Positions 32,637-42,170 of a stretch of DNA of 64,000 nucleotides are shown here, piece after piece. The translations under genes were made by a program, and so were the position numbers. Origin of the DNA: an uncultured Solirubrobacteraceae bacterium (lineage in GTDB: Bacteria > Actinomycetota > Thermoleophilia > Solirubrobacterales > Solirubrobacteraceae); the NCBI GenBank assembly GCA_963763945.1, contig CAVXQF010000002.1, positions 23,635 through 87,634 on the forward strand. The letters are read 5' to 3'. Under the pieces are notes generated by a model that was not told the origin of the DNA, did no database searches, and saw only the letters and a list, made by a program, of their open reading frames with translations. How positions within the stretch are numbered: position 1 is the stretch's first letter; each line of letters starts with the position of its first letter.

Positions 32637-32976
32637 TGATTCGCCCCTCGGCCTCGGCCAAGACCGTTTGTGCGTAGTCCTTGTGAACAACGCGAGCGAC
32701 GGTCAGCATGCCCCGGCCCAGGCCGAGTCGCCAGAGATTGGGCATGCCGGCGCTCCACTGGCAGATGTACCGCCAGTCGCGCAATGAAACGAGGATCCAG
32801 GCGCCGAGCGGACCACGGTTCCATGCCAGCGGCTCAAATCTGATGATGTCTTGGTCGCGGAGTTGTTCAAGTTGTTCGATCGCCTCGGCACGCTGCTCTT
32901 GGCTCATCGCATCGAGATCGGCCCGCGCGCCGTCCGGCTCATCCCAATCGAATTCGATGTCGAACGAGCGTGCCAT
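32626..32976 (-). CDS. RelE/ParE-like small protein
   Basis: 116 aa: A.ADLDAMS...., DWRYIC, LTVARVVHK pattern resembles the RelE fold (by eye). It is the 3' part of the 32626-34221 ORF. Confidence 0.6.
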   Translation of the reverse strand: MARSFDIEFDWDEPDGARADLDAMSQEQRAEAIEQLEQLRDQDIIRFEPLAWNRGPLGAWILVSLRDWRYICQWSAGMPNLWRLGLGRGMLTVARVVHKDYAQTVLAEAEGRINGD

Positions 32977-33111
32977 CCTTGAACAATCCCATAAATCCGA
33001 CTGGGGTAGGGCGAGTGCAGATGTTCGATGCGGCGCTTGGCGGGTGTAGCGCGCGACGCTCGCTGCGTGTACGGTTCCTGAAGAGCCGAAGCGACCGCGA
33101 CGGGAGGGACG

Positions 33112-34641
33112 ATGAAGAGGGCATTGGCGGCGGCGATCGCATCGCTGTCGGCTGCATCGCTGCTGGCACTGGGCGCGTCGAGCGCGTCGGCGCTGATCGT
33201 GCAGCTGGAAAACGGCAAGACGGTCAGCTACCAGCCACTGAAGCCGGCGGCGGGCCTGTCGGCGCTGAGCCTGGCGCCGCTGGCGTCGGGCAACCTGACC
33301 TACCACGGCGGCCCGGTGATGACGTCGAACACGAACTACACGTTCTACTGGTCGCCGAGCGGCTCCTCGGCGTACCCGGCGGGCTACCAAACGGGCGTGA
33401 ACTCCTACCTGGAAGACCTGGCGCACGACAGCGGCGGCAACCAGAACGTGGACTCGGTGGCGACGCAGTACTCGAACGGCGGCGGGGAAGCGGTGGCGTA
33501 CGACTCGCACTTCGCGGGCGCGATCCTCGACACCGACCCGTACCCGAAAAACGGCTGCAAAAAGGCGCCGATCTGCCTCACGGACGCGCAGCTGCAGGCG
33601 GAGCTGAGCAGCTGGATCACAGCGCACGGCCTGCCGAAGGACCTGGCGCACGAGTACTTCCTGCTGACGCCGCCGGGCGTGGAGAACTGCTTCGAAGCGG
33701 CGGGCACGGAATGCTCGGCGGCGAGCAACAACCCGACGTACTGCGCCTACCACGGCAGCTTCGCCTCGGGCGGCGGGAAAATCGTCTACTCGAGCGACGC
33801 TTACGTGACGGGCGTGGAAGGCTGCGACGACGGCGAACACCCGAACGAAAGCCCGTCGGACGGGGCGCTGGAGGGCGGGCTCAGCCACGAGCACAACGAG
33901 TCGACGACGGACCCGGAACTGAACGCATGGTTCGCGCCGAGCGGCGACGAGAACGGCGACAAGTGCCGCACGTTCGTGGCATCGAGCGAATTCGGCACGC
34001 CGCTGGGCAAAGCGCCGGACGGCTCGCGCTACAACCAGCTGATCGATAGCCGCGAGTACTGGTACCAGCAGGAGTGGAGCAACGAAGGCGGCACGTGCAA
34101 GCAGCGCCTGGCGGTGGGCACGCCGAGCGTGAGCAAACTGAAACCGAGGACGGGCCCGGCGGTGGGGGGCACGTCGGTGACGATCACGGGGACGTCGTTC
34201 ACGGGCGCGAGCGCGGTCCACTTCGGCTCAGCGGCGGCGAGCTTCGTGGTCAACTCGGGCACGTCGATCACGGCGACGGCGCCGCCGGGCACGGCGGGCG
34301 GCGCGGACGTGACGGTCACGGGCCCGGGCGGGACGAGCGCGACGAGCAGCGCGGACATGTTCAAATACAAGCCGCCGACGGTCACCGCCGTGAGCCCGAG
34401 CACGGGCTCGACGGCGGGTGGGACGAAAGTGACGATCACGGGCAGCGGCTTCGCGCTCGGAGCGGGCACGGAAATCAAGTTCGGCAAAGTCCCGGCGACG
34501 GGCGTGAGCTGCGCCTCGACGACGTCATGCACGGCGACCGCGCCGGCCGCGGCGAAAGCGGGAGCGGTCGACGTGATTGCGCTCGTGGGCAAAGCGAAAA
34601 GCAAGAAAGTGCCGCCGGGCGACCGCTTCACGTACAGCTAG
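33112..34641 (+). CDS. Secreted protein with N-terminal LTYHGGPV/SHExxExxTDP domain and two IPT/TIG domains
   Basis: Signal peptide, GGGAGG RBS, two P.V....P..G...GGT.VTITG..F repeats. Confidence 0.88.
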   Translation: MKRALAAAIASLSAASLLALGASSASALIVQLENGKTVSYQPLKPAAGLSALSLAPLASGNLTYHGGPVMTSNTNYTFYWSPSGSSAYPAGYQTGVNSYLEDLAHDSGGNQNVDSVATQYSNGGGEAVAYDSHFAGAILDTDPYPKNGCKKAPICLTDAQLQAELSSWITAHGLPKDLAHEYFLLTPPGVENCFEAAGTECSAASNNPTYCAYHGSFASGGGKIVYSSDAYVTGVEGCDDGEHPNESPSDGALEGGLSHEHNESTTDPELNAWFAPSGDENGDKCRTFVASSEFGTPLGKAPDGSRYNQLIDSREYWYQQEWSNEGGTCKQRLAVGTPSVSKLKPRTGPAVGGTSVTITGTSFTGASAVHFGSAAASFVVNSGTSITATAPPGTAGGADVTVTGPGGTSATSSADMFKYKPPTVTAVSPSTGSTAGGTKVTITGSGFALGAGTEIKFGKVPATGVSCASTTSCTATAPAAAKAGAVDVIALVGKAKSKKVPPGDRFTYS

Positions 34642-35829
34642 TGGGTCTCCCGTAAACGTTTGACCGGAAACTCGCCTTCGCTGGCGAACCAGGACGCATG
34701 TCCCCGATGTAGGAGGTGGTGATGCGTCCCCCGGATGTGTTCGTGCGCGAGCTCTCGCTCGAGGAGGGCCTGCGGCTGCGCGACATCTCGCGCAAGGCGA
34801 AGTACCAATCCAAGCGTCAGCGGGCGATGATCCTGCTGGCCTCAGCGACCGGGATGTCAGCGCCGCAGATCGCTGGTCTGGTGCGCAGTGACGAGTCGCA
34901 CGTGCGCAAGGTGATTCACGCGTTCAACGAGGAGGGGTTCGGTTCGCTTGACCCTGACTACCGGGGCGGGCGCCCAAGGAAGACGACGCCCGAGCAGCGC
35001 GAGCGCATAGTCGCGGTCGCACGCACCCGCCCCGACCACCAGGGCGTCCCGTTGACGCGCTGGTCGCTGCCCAAGCTGGCCGCGCACCTGGCCGATATGG
35101 GCGTCGAGCTCTCCGAGGAGGCGCTGCGCCAGACGCTGATCAGCGCCGGGCTCTCCCACCAGCGCACGCGCTCGTGGAAGTGGAGCCCGGACCCGGACTT
35201 CCAATCGAAGGCCGAGCGTGTTCTGGCGCTCTACAGAGCCAAGCCCGAGGACGGCGTGGTCGTCTGCTTCGACGAGATGGGCCCGATCGGGCTGATCCCC
35301 CACCAAGGCTCGGGCTGGGCGCCGGCGAAGCGGCCCGAGCGGCTGCGCGCGACCTACAACAAGAACAACGGGGTGCGCTACCTGTTCGGCTCCTACGACG
35401 TGCACACCGACCGCTTTCACGGACGACTGCGGACACACAAGAACGCCGAGGAGGTGCTCGGCTTCTACCGGCAGATCCGGATGCGCTATGACCCGCGCCT
35501 GCGGATCTACCTCGTCGCAGACAACCTCTCCACCCACAAGACGCTGGCGATCCGCGAGTGGGCTGAGACGAGCAACGTCGAGCTCGTGTTCACGCCCACC
35601 TACGCCAGCTTCCTGAACCGCGTCGAGTGCCACTTCTGGGCGATCGGCGAGTTCGTCGTCAAGAACGCCGACTACCCCGACTGGGACACCCTCGCCCGGG
35701 CGATGGCCGCGCACATCACCTACCGCAACGGACCCCACCGCGACCAGCGCCTGATCAAAGCCGAGCGCCGGCTGCTCATCGCCGCCTGAACAATGGGAGT
35801 TCCGGGTGCAACGTTCCTGGGAGACCCAC
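34641..35829 (+). mobile_element. IS630-family insertion sequence
   Basis: Imperfect ~33-bp terminal IRs (GTGGGTCTCCCGTAAACGTTTGACCGGAAACTC / GAGTTCCGGGTGCAACGTTCCTGGGAGACCCAC) with TA duplicated in a CTAG context at both ends. Confidence 0.93.
34716..35789 (+). CDS. IS630 transposase
   Basis: N-terminal HTH, GGRP, RWS; DDE motifs CFDEMGP, VADNLSTH, PTYASFLNRVE. Confidence 0.95.
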   Translation: MVMRPPDVFVRELSLEEGLRLRDISRKAKYQSKRQRAMILLASATGMSAPQIAGLVRSDESHVRKVIHAFNEEGFGSLDPDYRGGRPRKTTPEQRERIVAVARTRPDHQGVPLTRWSLPKLAAHLADMGVELSEEALRQTLISAGLSHQRTRSWKWSPDPDFQSKAERVLALYRAKPEDGVVVCFDEMGPIGLIPHQGSGWAPAKRPERLRATYNKNNGVRYLFGSYDVHTDRFHGRLRTHKNAEEVLGFYRQIRMRYDPRLRIYLVADNLSTHKTLAIREWAETSNVELVFTPTYASFLNRVECHFWAIGEFVVKNADYPDWDTLARAMAAHITYRNGPHRDQRLIKAERRLLIAA

Positions 35830-35886
35830 TAGCGTCCCGCGGCCGGCGCGGCCCGAGCGCGGCGCTTGCGCTAGCGTCGCCGGGCG

Positions 35887-37044
35887 ATGGCTGAGGTCAA
35901 GCGGATACTGATCCTGGGCTCGACGGGCTCGATCGGCGGGCAGGCGCTGGACGTGTGCGCGCGCGAGCCGGAGCTGGAAGTGGTGGGGCTGTCGGCGGAG
36001 CGCTCGTGGCAGGAGCTGGTCGTGCAGGCGCGCGAGCACGGCGTCAGCAGGGTGGCGCTGGCGGACGAGGACGCGGCGGCGCGGGCGGCGGAGGCGTGGA
36101 CGGACGGCAGGGTGCTGGGCGGGGCGGAGGGCCTGGTCGAGCTGGTCGTGGAATCGGGCGCGGACCTTGTGCTCAACTCGCTGGTGGGCTCGGCGGGCCT
36201 GGGGCCGACGGTGGCGACGCTGGGCGAGGGCATCGACCTGGCGCTGGCGAACAAGGAGTCGCTGGTCGTGGGCGGCGAGCTGGTGACGGCGCTGGCGGAG
36301 GCGACGGGCGCTCGGATCGTGCCGGTGGACTCGGAGCACACGGCGCTGCATCAGCTGATCTCGGGCCAGCCGCCGGGGGCGGTGCAGCGGATGACGATCA
36401 CGGCGAGCGGGGGACCGTTCCGCGGGCGCACGCGGGCGGAGCTGGCGGATGTGACGGTGGAGCAGGCGCTGGCGCACCCGACGTGGGCGATGGGCGGCAA
36501 GATCACGATCGACTCGGCGACGCTGATGAACAAGGGCCTGGAGCTGATGGAGGCGCATCACCTGTTCGGCACGCCGTATGAGCGGATCGACGTGGTGGTG
36601 CACCGGCAGTCGCTCGTGCACGGCCTGATCCAGCTGGCGGACGGGGCGATGCTGGCGCACCTGGGCCCGCCGGACATGCGCATCGCGATCTCCTATGCGC
36701 TGCACGGCGGTGAGAGCGCGCCGCTGCCGATCGTCCCGCTGGACCTGGCGGAGGTCGGCGAGCTGAGCTTCGAGCGGGTCGACTACGAGGCGTTCCCATG
36801 CCTGCGCCTGGCGGGCGAAGCAGCGCGCGCGGGCGGCACTGCGCCGTGCGTGCTGAACGCGGCGAACGAGATCGCGGTGCACGCGTTCCTCGAGGGGCGC
36901 CTGCGCTTCGTGGAGATCGCGGAGGTGATCGAGCGCACGCTCTCAGAGCTCGGCTCGGAGCCGGTGCTGGCGTTCGAGTCGCTGTATGAGGCGGACCGCC
37001 GGGCGCGCGAGCTGGCGAGCGGGCTCGTGCTCGCCCTCGGCTGA
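35887..37044 (+). CDS. dxr: 1-deoxy-D-xylulose-5-phosphate reductoisomerase
   Basis: LGSTGSIG, LANKESLV, PVDSEH, HPTWAMGGKITIDSATLMNKGLE. Confidence 0.97.
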   Translation: MAEVKRILILGSTGSIGGQALDVCAREPELEVVGLSAERSWQELVVQAREHGVSRVALADEDAAARAAEAWTDGRVLGGAEGLVELVVESGADLVLNSLVGSAGLGPTVATLGEGIDLALANKESLVVGGELVTALAEATGARIVPVDSEHTALHQLISGQPPGAVQRMTITASGGPFRGRTRAELADVTVEQALAHPTWAMGGKITIDSATLMNKGLELMEAHHLFGTPYERIDVVVHRQSLVHGLIQLADGAMLAHLGPPDMRIAISYALHGGESAPLPIVPLDLAEVGELSFERVDYEAFPCLRLAGEAARAGGTAPCVLNAANEIAVHAFLEGRLRFVEIAEVIERTLSELGSEPVLAFESLYEADRRARELASGLVLALG

Positions 37045-37065
37045 GCGGCTCGGCCCGCTTTTTTT
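37044..37065 (+). terminator. Possible intrinsic terminator after dxr
   Basis: AGCGG/CCGCT hairpin followed by a T-run. Confidence 0.45.
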
Positions 37066-37148
37066 GATGCTCCGCAAATATGGCGGCGGGGCGGCGCGGG
37101 CACATGCAACCGCCGGATTCGGCGCGGGTGCCTGCGAAGATGGCCTGC

Positions 37149-38258
37149 ATGAGCTGGCTCTTGACGATCCTGGGGATCGTGCTGCTGATCGTGCTGCACG
37201 AGCTCGGCCACTTCACGGTGGCGAAGCTCGTGGGCATGCGCGTGGAGCGCTTCTCGCTGTTCTTCCCGCCGACGATCGCGCGCTTCAAACGCGGCGAGAC
37301 GGAGTACGCGCTGGGGTCGATCCCGGCGGGCGGCTACGTGAAGATCACGGGGATGAACCCGGAAGAGCTGGAGGACCTCGATCCGGAGGCGACGCGCCGG
37401 GCCTACTACAGCCAGCCGCCGTGGAAGCGGATCGCGGTGATCGTGGCGGGCCCGGGCGTGAACATCGTGATCGCGTTCGTGCTGTTCTGGGCGGTGCTGC
37501 TCTCGGGCAGTCTCACGGGGGCGACGGTGCTCTACAACCTGGACCCGGCGACGGAAGCGGTCAGCGCGACGTCGCGCGTACAGGCCGTGCAGGGCGGCGC
37601 GCCGGCGGCCAGGGTTCTGCGCCCGGGTGACCGGATCGTCGCGGTCGACGGGGCGGCGGTCTCCGAAGCGGGGGCACGCAGCCGGATCGACGCGCATCGC
37701 TGCGTGGGCGTGGCCGTCGAAGGCTGCCGCGCGAGCACGCCGGCGGTGCTGACGATACGCCGTGGCGCAAAGACGATGCACGTCTCGATCAAGCCGCGCT
37801 ACAGCAATGCGGCCAAGCGCATGCTGATCGGCGTCGAATTCGGCGTGGCGGCGAAGTCGTTCGGAGCGCTTGGCGCGGCGGGTGCGTCGGTAGGTGCGAT
37901 GTGGCACGCGACGACGAGCACGCTGACAGGCTTCTTCAAAGCGCTGACGAGCTCGAAGACGCGCAAAGAAGTGAGCAGCATCGTCGGCATCACGAGGGCG
38001 GCGCACGAAACGGTCGTGGCGGGGCCGGGCAAGGCGCTGGTGTTCCTCGGCTACATCTCGCTTGTGCTGGCGGTCATCAACCTGTTCCCGTTCCTGCCGC
38101 TCGACGGCGGGCACGTGCTGTGGTCGGTGGCGGAGAAGGTCCGCGGCAAGCGCATCTCGCTGATGGCGATGTACCGCTACAGCTCGGTCGGGATCATCCT
38201 GCTGCTGTTCCTGGTGATCAACGGCGTGGGGAACGACATCGGCCGGCTCGGCGGTTAG
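37149..38258 (+). CDS. rseP: RIP metalloprotease RseP (M50)
   Basis: HELGH, IPAGGYVKI, AGPGVN, PDZ-like LRPGDRIVAVDG, NLFPFLPLDGGH. Confidence 0.95.
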   Translation: MSWLLTILGIVLLIVLHELGHFTVAKLVGMRVERFSLFFPPTIARFKRGETEYALGSIPAGGYVKITGMNPEELEDLDPEATRRAYYSQPPWKRIAVIVAGPGVNIVIAFVLFWAVLLSGSLTGATVLYNLDPATEAVSATSRVQAVQGGAPAARVLRPGDRIVAVDGAAVSEAGARSRIDAHRCVGVAVEGCRASTPAVLTIRRGAKTMHVSIKPRYSNAAKRMLIGVEFGVAAKSFGALGAAGASVGAMWHATTSTLTGFFKALTSSKTRKEVSSIVGITRAAHETVVAGPGKALVFLGYISLVLAVINLFPFLPLDGGHVLWSVAEKVRGKRISLMAMYRYSSVGIILLLFLVINGVGNDIGRLGG

Positions 38259-38369
38259 CCGGATCTTGTGCAAGACCCTCGCCAGACGCCGGCTGGCCTT
38301 CTCAGACCGTCGCGCAGTTGCGGATGCGGCATCTCAGACATCTGTACCCATCGCTAGACTGAGCAGCAC

Positions 38370-38457
38370 GGAAGGTGAATTGGCGAGGTGCCATGAACGG
38401 CTGATAACCGGGAGTCCGGCGTAGCCGTCGGATGGGGTTCGAGTCCTCCTCCTTCCG
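38370..38457 (+). tRNA. Non-canonical 8/4 allo-tRNA-like gene, anticodon GAT, long variable arm, discriminator G, no encoded CCA
   Basis: Acceptor GGAAGGTG/CTCCTTCC (8 positions, one mismatch); D stem TGGC/GCCA; anticodon loop CT-GAT-AA closed by CGG/CCG; V-arm GTCCGGCG-TAGC-CGTCGGAT; T arm GGGG-TTCGAGT-CCTC (4 bp); TAGACT -10 at 38355. Confidence 0.8.
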
Positions 38458-38714
38458 CGAGCGACTTGGGCGGCCAAGCGGCCACGGATAGGCGCCAATC
38501 ATCACGCGCTCGGCGGGTAGCAACCGCCATTGCAGAGATCCGGCCGTTTGGCCGTCGAGCCGCAAGGCGTGGTACCGTGGGTCTTGGTTATCAGCCGTTG
38601 CGGGGTAGCTCCTCGCCTTCCGACCCGCCGTACGGCGGGTCGGAACGTTCTAGGCCTAGAGCCGGCGGATCTCGTTGGACAGCGACGGGCTCCCGGGCCC
38701 TTGTCAAGGCCCGG
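38458..38714 (+). ncRNA. Candidate structured RNA (tRNA 3' trailer or separate anti-tRNA RNA)
   Basis: Nested stems CGAGCG/CGCTCG, GAGATCCG/CGGATCTC and AAGGCG/CGCCTT; perfect 28-bp palindrome 38618-38645; 14-nt complement to the tRNA anticodon arm; terminal hairpin 38693-38714. Confidence 0.55.
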
Positions 38715-38720
38715 ATTTGG

Positions 38721-39362
38721 CTAACTATTCACCGGAACCTCGTTGGCCGGCCGCACGCAGACCCAGCTCTTGACGAGCGGGCCGATGCGCTCGGGCAGCG
38801 CGGGCACTCCGAACAGCGCCTCCATCTGCCGGCGGCGCAGCAGTGCGATCTGCTCCCACTCGCCGGCAGCGCCCAGGCGCCAGTAGGACCTGCGCAGGCC
38901 GACGGGCAGCCAGTGCGCGAAGGGCAGCAGCGCATGCGGCTCGATCGGGAAGGAGTAGGCGGGCGTCTGCACGTAGAAGCCGCGCCCGACGCGGCGCAGC
39001 TCGGCGGCGAAGGCGGCACGCCTGGGCGGCGGCACGTGCTCGATCACGCTGGAGCAGTAGACGAGGTCGAACTCATCGTCGGCGAAGGGCAGGCCGTCGG
39101 CGGCGTCGGCCTGCACGAACGGGCCGGGGTAGTCGGGGCGCGGCTGCAGGTCGACGCCGGTGATGTCGAGCCGGGGCTCGAGCGCGCGCAGGCCGATCTG
39201 ACCGCAGCCGAGGTCGAGCACACGGGCGCCCGGTCGCAGGCCGGTCAGCGCGAAGAACCGGGCGTGGCGGCGGGCGCGAGCGCGGGTGGCGAGGGGAGAG
39301 GCGAGGCGCGCGAGCGGGCCGCGCGCGGTTCCATACACGTCCTGAGCGTGCGATTCGGCCAT
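38721..39362 (-). CDS. Class I SAM-dependent methyltransferase
   Basis: VLDLGCG, LPFADDEFDLVYCSSVIEHV, QTPAYSFPIEPH. Confidence 0.92.
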   Translation of the reverse strand: MAESHAQDVYGTARGPLARLASPLATRARARRHARFFALTGLRPGARVLDLGCGQIGLRALEPRLDITGVDLQPRPDYPGPFVQADAADGLPFADDEFDLVYCSSVIEHVPPPRRAAFAAELRRVGRGFYVQTPAYSFPIEPHALLPFAHWLPVGLRRSYWRLGAAGEWEQIALLRRRQMEALFGVPALPERIGPLVKSWVCVRPANEVPVNS

Positions 39363-39412
39363 GGCGGGCAGGCTATCCGGGGCCTCGCCCGGACCCCACG
39401 TAGAATGGGCGC

Positions 39413-40726
39413 ATGCCTTCAGAGCGCCAGATACACGTCGGCCCGGTGCCGATCGGCGGCGGCGCGCCGGTCGCGGTGCAGACGATGACGAAGACGGAGA
39501 CGGCGAACCTGCCGGCGACGATGGAGCAGATCCGCACGGTCGCGGAGGCGGGCGCGGACATCGTGCGCGTGGCGGTGCCGCGCGAGCAGGACGCGGAGGC
39601 GCTGAAGACGATCGTCGCCGAGTCGCCGATCCCGATCATCGCGGACATCCACTTCAACCACACGCTGGCGCTGAAGGCGATCGAAGCGGGGGCGCACTGC
39701 GTGCGCCTGAACCCGGGCAACATCGGCGGGCCGGAGAAGGTGGCCGAGGTGATCGCGCTGGCCAGGCAGCACGGCACGCCGCTGCGCGTGGGCGTCAACT
39801 CGGGCTCGCTGCCCAAGCACCTGCGTGAGCTGGAGTACGAGAACCCGATCGAGGCGCTGGTGACTGCGGCGACGGAGACGGTCGAGCTGATGGAGCGCTT
39901 GGAGTTCGAGAACTTCAAGGTGTCGATGAAGTCGACGTCGGTGCCGAACACGATCGCCTCCAACAGGCTGCTCTCCGAGCGGATCCCGTACCCGCTGCAC
40001 CTCGGCGTGACGGAGGCGGGCACGAAGTGGTCGGGCTCGCTGAAGTCGGCGGTCGGCCTGGGCACGCTGCTGGCTGACGGGATCGGCGACACGATCCGCA
40101 TCTCGCTCTCGACGTTCCACGCGGAGGAAGAGGTGAAGGTCGCGTGGGAGATCCTCAAGGCACTGAAGCTGCGCCAGCGCGGCCCGGACCTGATCGCGTG
40201 CCCGACGTGCGGGCGGCTGCAGTTCGACATGGACCGCGTCGTGATCGAAGTCGAGCAGCGCCTGGAAGCCTACGAGGACCCGATCGAGGTCTCGGTGCTC
40301 GGCTGCGCGGTCAATGGCATCGGCGAGGCGCGCCACGCGGACTTCGGCATCACGGGCGCCAAAGACATGGGCATGATCTACTCCAAGGGCGAGCCGCTGA
40401 AGAAGGTGCCGACGGAGCAACTCGTGGACGAGCTGTTCAAGGAGATCGACCGCTACTACGCGGCGGGCAAGACGGTCCAGCGCGACGAGACGGCGGCGGC
40501 GGAGGCGCGCCGCTGGCTGGAGGAGAACGAGGACGCGACGGCGATGACGCCGGAGCGGATCGCGGCGTTGGAAGCGGCGGCGGCGGAGAACGACGCGAGC
40601 GCCGCGGAGGTGCTCGAGTCGATGCTCGTCGGCGACGGCCCGGTCGAGCCGGCGGCGACCGCTCCGGCGACGGAGATGGACGAGGCCGTCTCGCCGGTCG
40701 CCGGCCGCCGCTTCAGCCGCAGCTGA
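39413..40726 (+). CDS. ispG: HMBPP synthase
   Basis: IADIHF, RLNPGNIG, GVNSGSL, LHLGVTEAG, ACPTCGR, GCAVNG.GEA. Confidence 0.97.
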   Translation: MPSERQIHVGPVPIGGGAPVAVQTMTKTETANLPATMEQIRTVAEAGADIVRVAVPREQDAEALKTIVAESPIPIIADIHFNHTLALKAIEAGAHCVRLNPGNIGGPEKVAEVIALARQHGTPLRVGVNSGSLPKHLRELEYENPIEALVTAATETVELMERLEFENFKVSMKSTSVPNTIASNRLLSERIPYPLHLGVTEAGTKWSGSLKSAVGLGTLLADGIGDTIRISLSTFHAEEEVKVAWEILKALKLRQRGPDLIACPTCGRLQFDMDRVVIEVEQRLEAYEDPIEVSVLGCAVNGIGEARHADFGITGAKDMGMIYSKGEPLKKVPTEQLVDELFKEIDRYYAAGKTVQRDETAAAEARRWLEENEDATAMTPERIAALEAAAAENDASAAEVLESMLVGDGPVEPAATAPATEMDEAVSPVAGRRFSRS

Positions 40727-40776
40727 GCGAGCGCGGGCCGGTCGCGCCGACCCGCGCCTGATGAAGTGGGTGTCGC

Positions 40777-41379
<603 letters not shown>

Positions 41380-41461
41380 GTCGGGGACTCCTTGTCGGGT
41401 TTCCGTCTGGTTCGGTCGGTGATCGCTGTTGTATCAGAGGCCTGGCGGATAACCTCGAACG

Positions 41462-42047
41462 ATGACGCGTGTGGCAACGGGGCGGCCGGGACGGCCGGCG
41501 GCGGCGACACGGGAGGCGGCGCTGGCGCTGGCGACCAATCGCTTCCTGCGCTGCGAACGCGTCGATGTGCAGGCGATCGCGCGCGAGCTGGGGCTGGCGC
41601 GGGCGACGCTGCATCGCTGGTTTCTCACGCGCGAGGCGCTGCTCGGCGAGATGCTGGCGGATATGGGGGAACGGAGCCTGATGCAGGCACGCGCCGAAAC
41701 CGCGGGCAGCGGCGCGGAGGCGCTGCTCGAAGACGTTCGACCGCTTCAACTGCGAGCTGGCGGCGCTCGATGGGATGCGCGCGTTCCTGGCACAGGAGCA
41801 GGAGCGCGCGCTGCGCATCCTCACCTCCAGCGGCGGCATCGCACAGCCACGCGCGGTCGCCACGGTGCAGCGGATCATCGAGGCCGAGGTGCAGGCGGGG
41901 AGCTATGCGCCGAAGATCGACCCGGGCGTGCTCGCCTACGCCGTCGTGCGCCTGGGCGAGGCGTTTCTCTACAACGACGCGATCGTGGGCATCCGCGGCG
42001 ACACCGATCGCCTGCGTGAGATCGAGCGGGCGCTGCTCGGCATCTGA
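41462..42047 (+). CDS. TetR-family (QsdR-like) regulator, apparent frameshift near 41735
   Basis: HTH IARELGLARATLHRWF in one frame; ALRILTS...LAYAVVRLGEAFLYND in the next. Confidence 0.8.
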
Positions 42048-42135
42048 GCGGCTGCCGTTGCGAGGCGTTGCGAGGCGCGCGGCAGCGGCGCTGTCGACCC
42101 AGCCGGCGGGCCAGGTCGAAGGTGGTAAACGCCCT

Positions 42136-42165
42136 TTGAGACTCGCTGGGGTGCGTGTCTAATAT
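42136..42165 (+). promoter_or_regulatory. Housekeeping-sigma-type promoter
   Basis: TTGAGA-N18-TAATAT in an otherwise very GC-rich context. Confidence 0.6.
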
Positions 42166-42170
42166 CTAAA

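Noticed and set aside
38370-38457. Ordinary tRNA-Ile, tRNA-Ser or tRNA-Sec
   Set aside because: The long V-arm and 8/4 geometry do not fit tRNA-Ile, and the GAT anticodon fits neither Ser nor Sec (TCA).
38579-38645. HDV-like (theta) ribozyme suggested by TCCTCGC downstream of a tRNA
   Set aside because: P3 and P1 pairings could not be completed, and the motif is not adjacent to the tRNA 3' end.
38466-38724. Protein-coding ORFs across the tRNA trailer
   Set aside because: No RBS, atypical codon usage and no motifs; RNA structure explains the sequence better.
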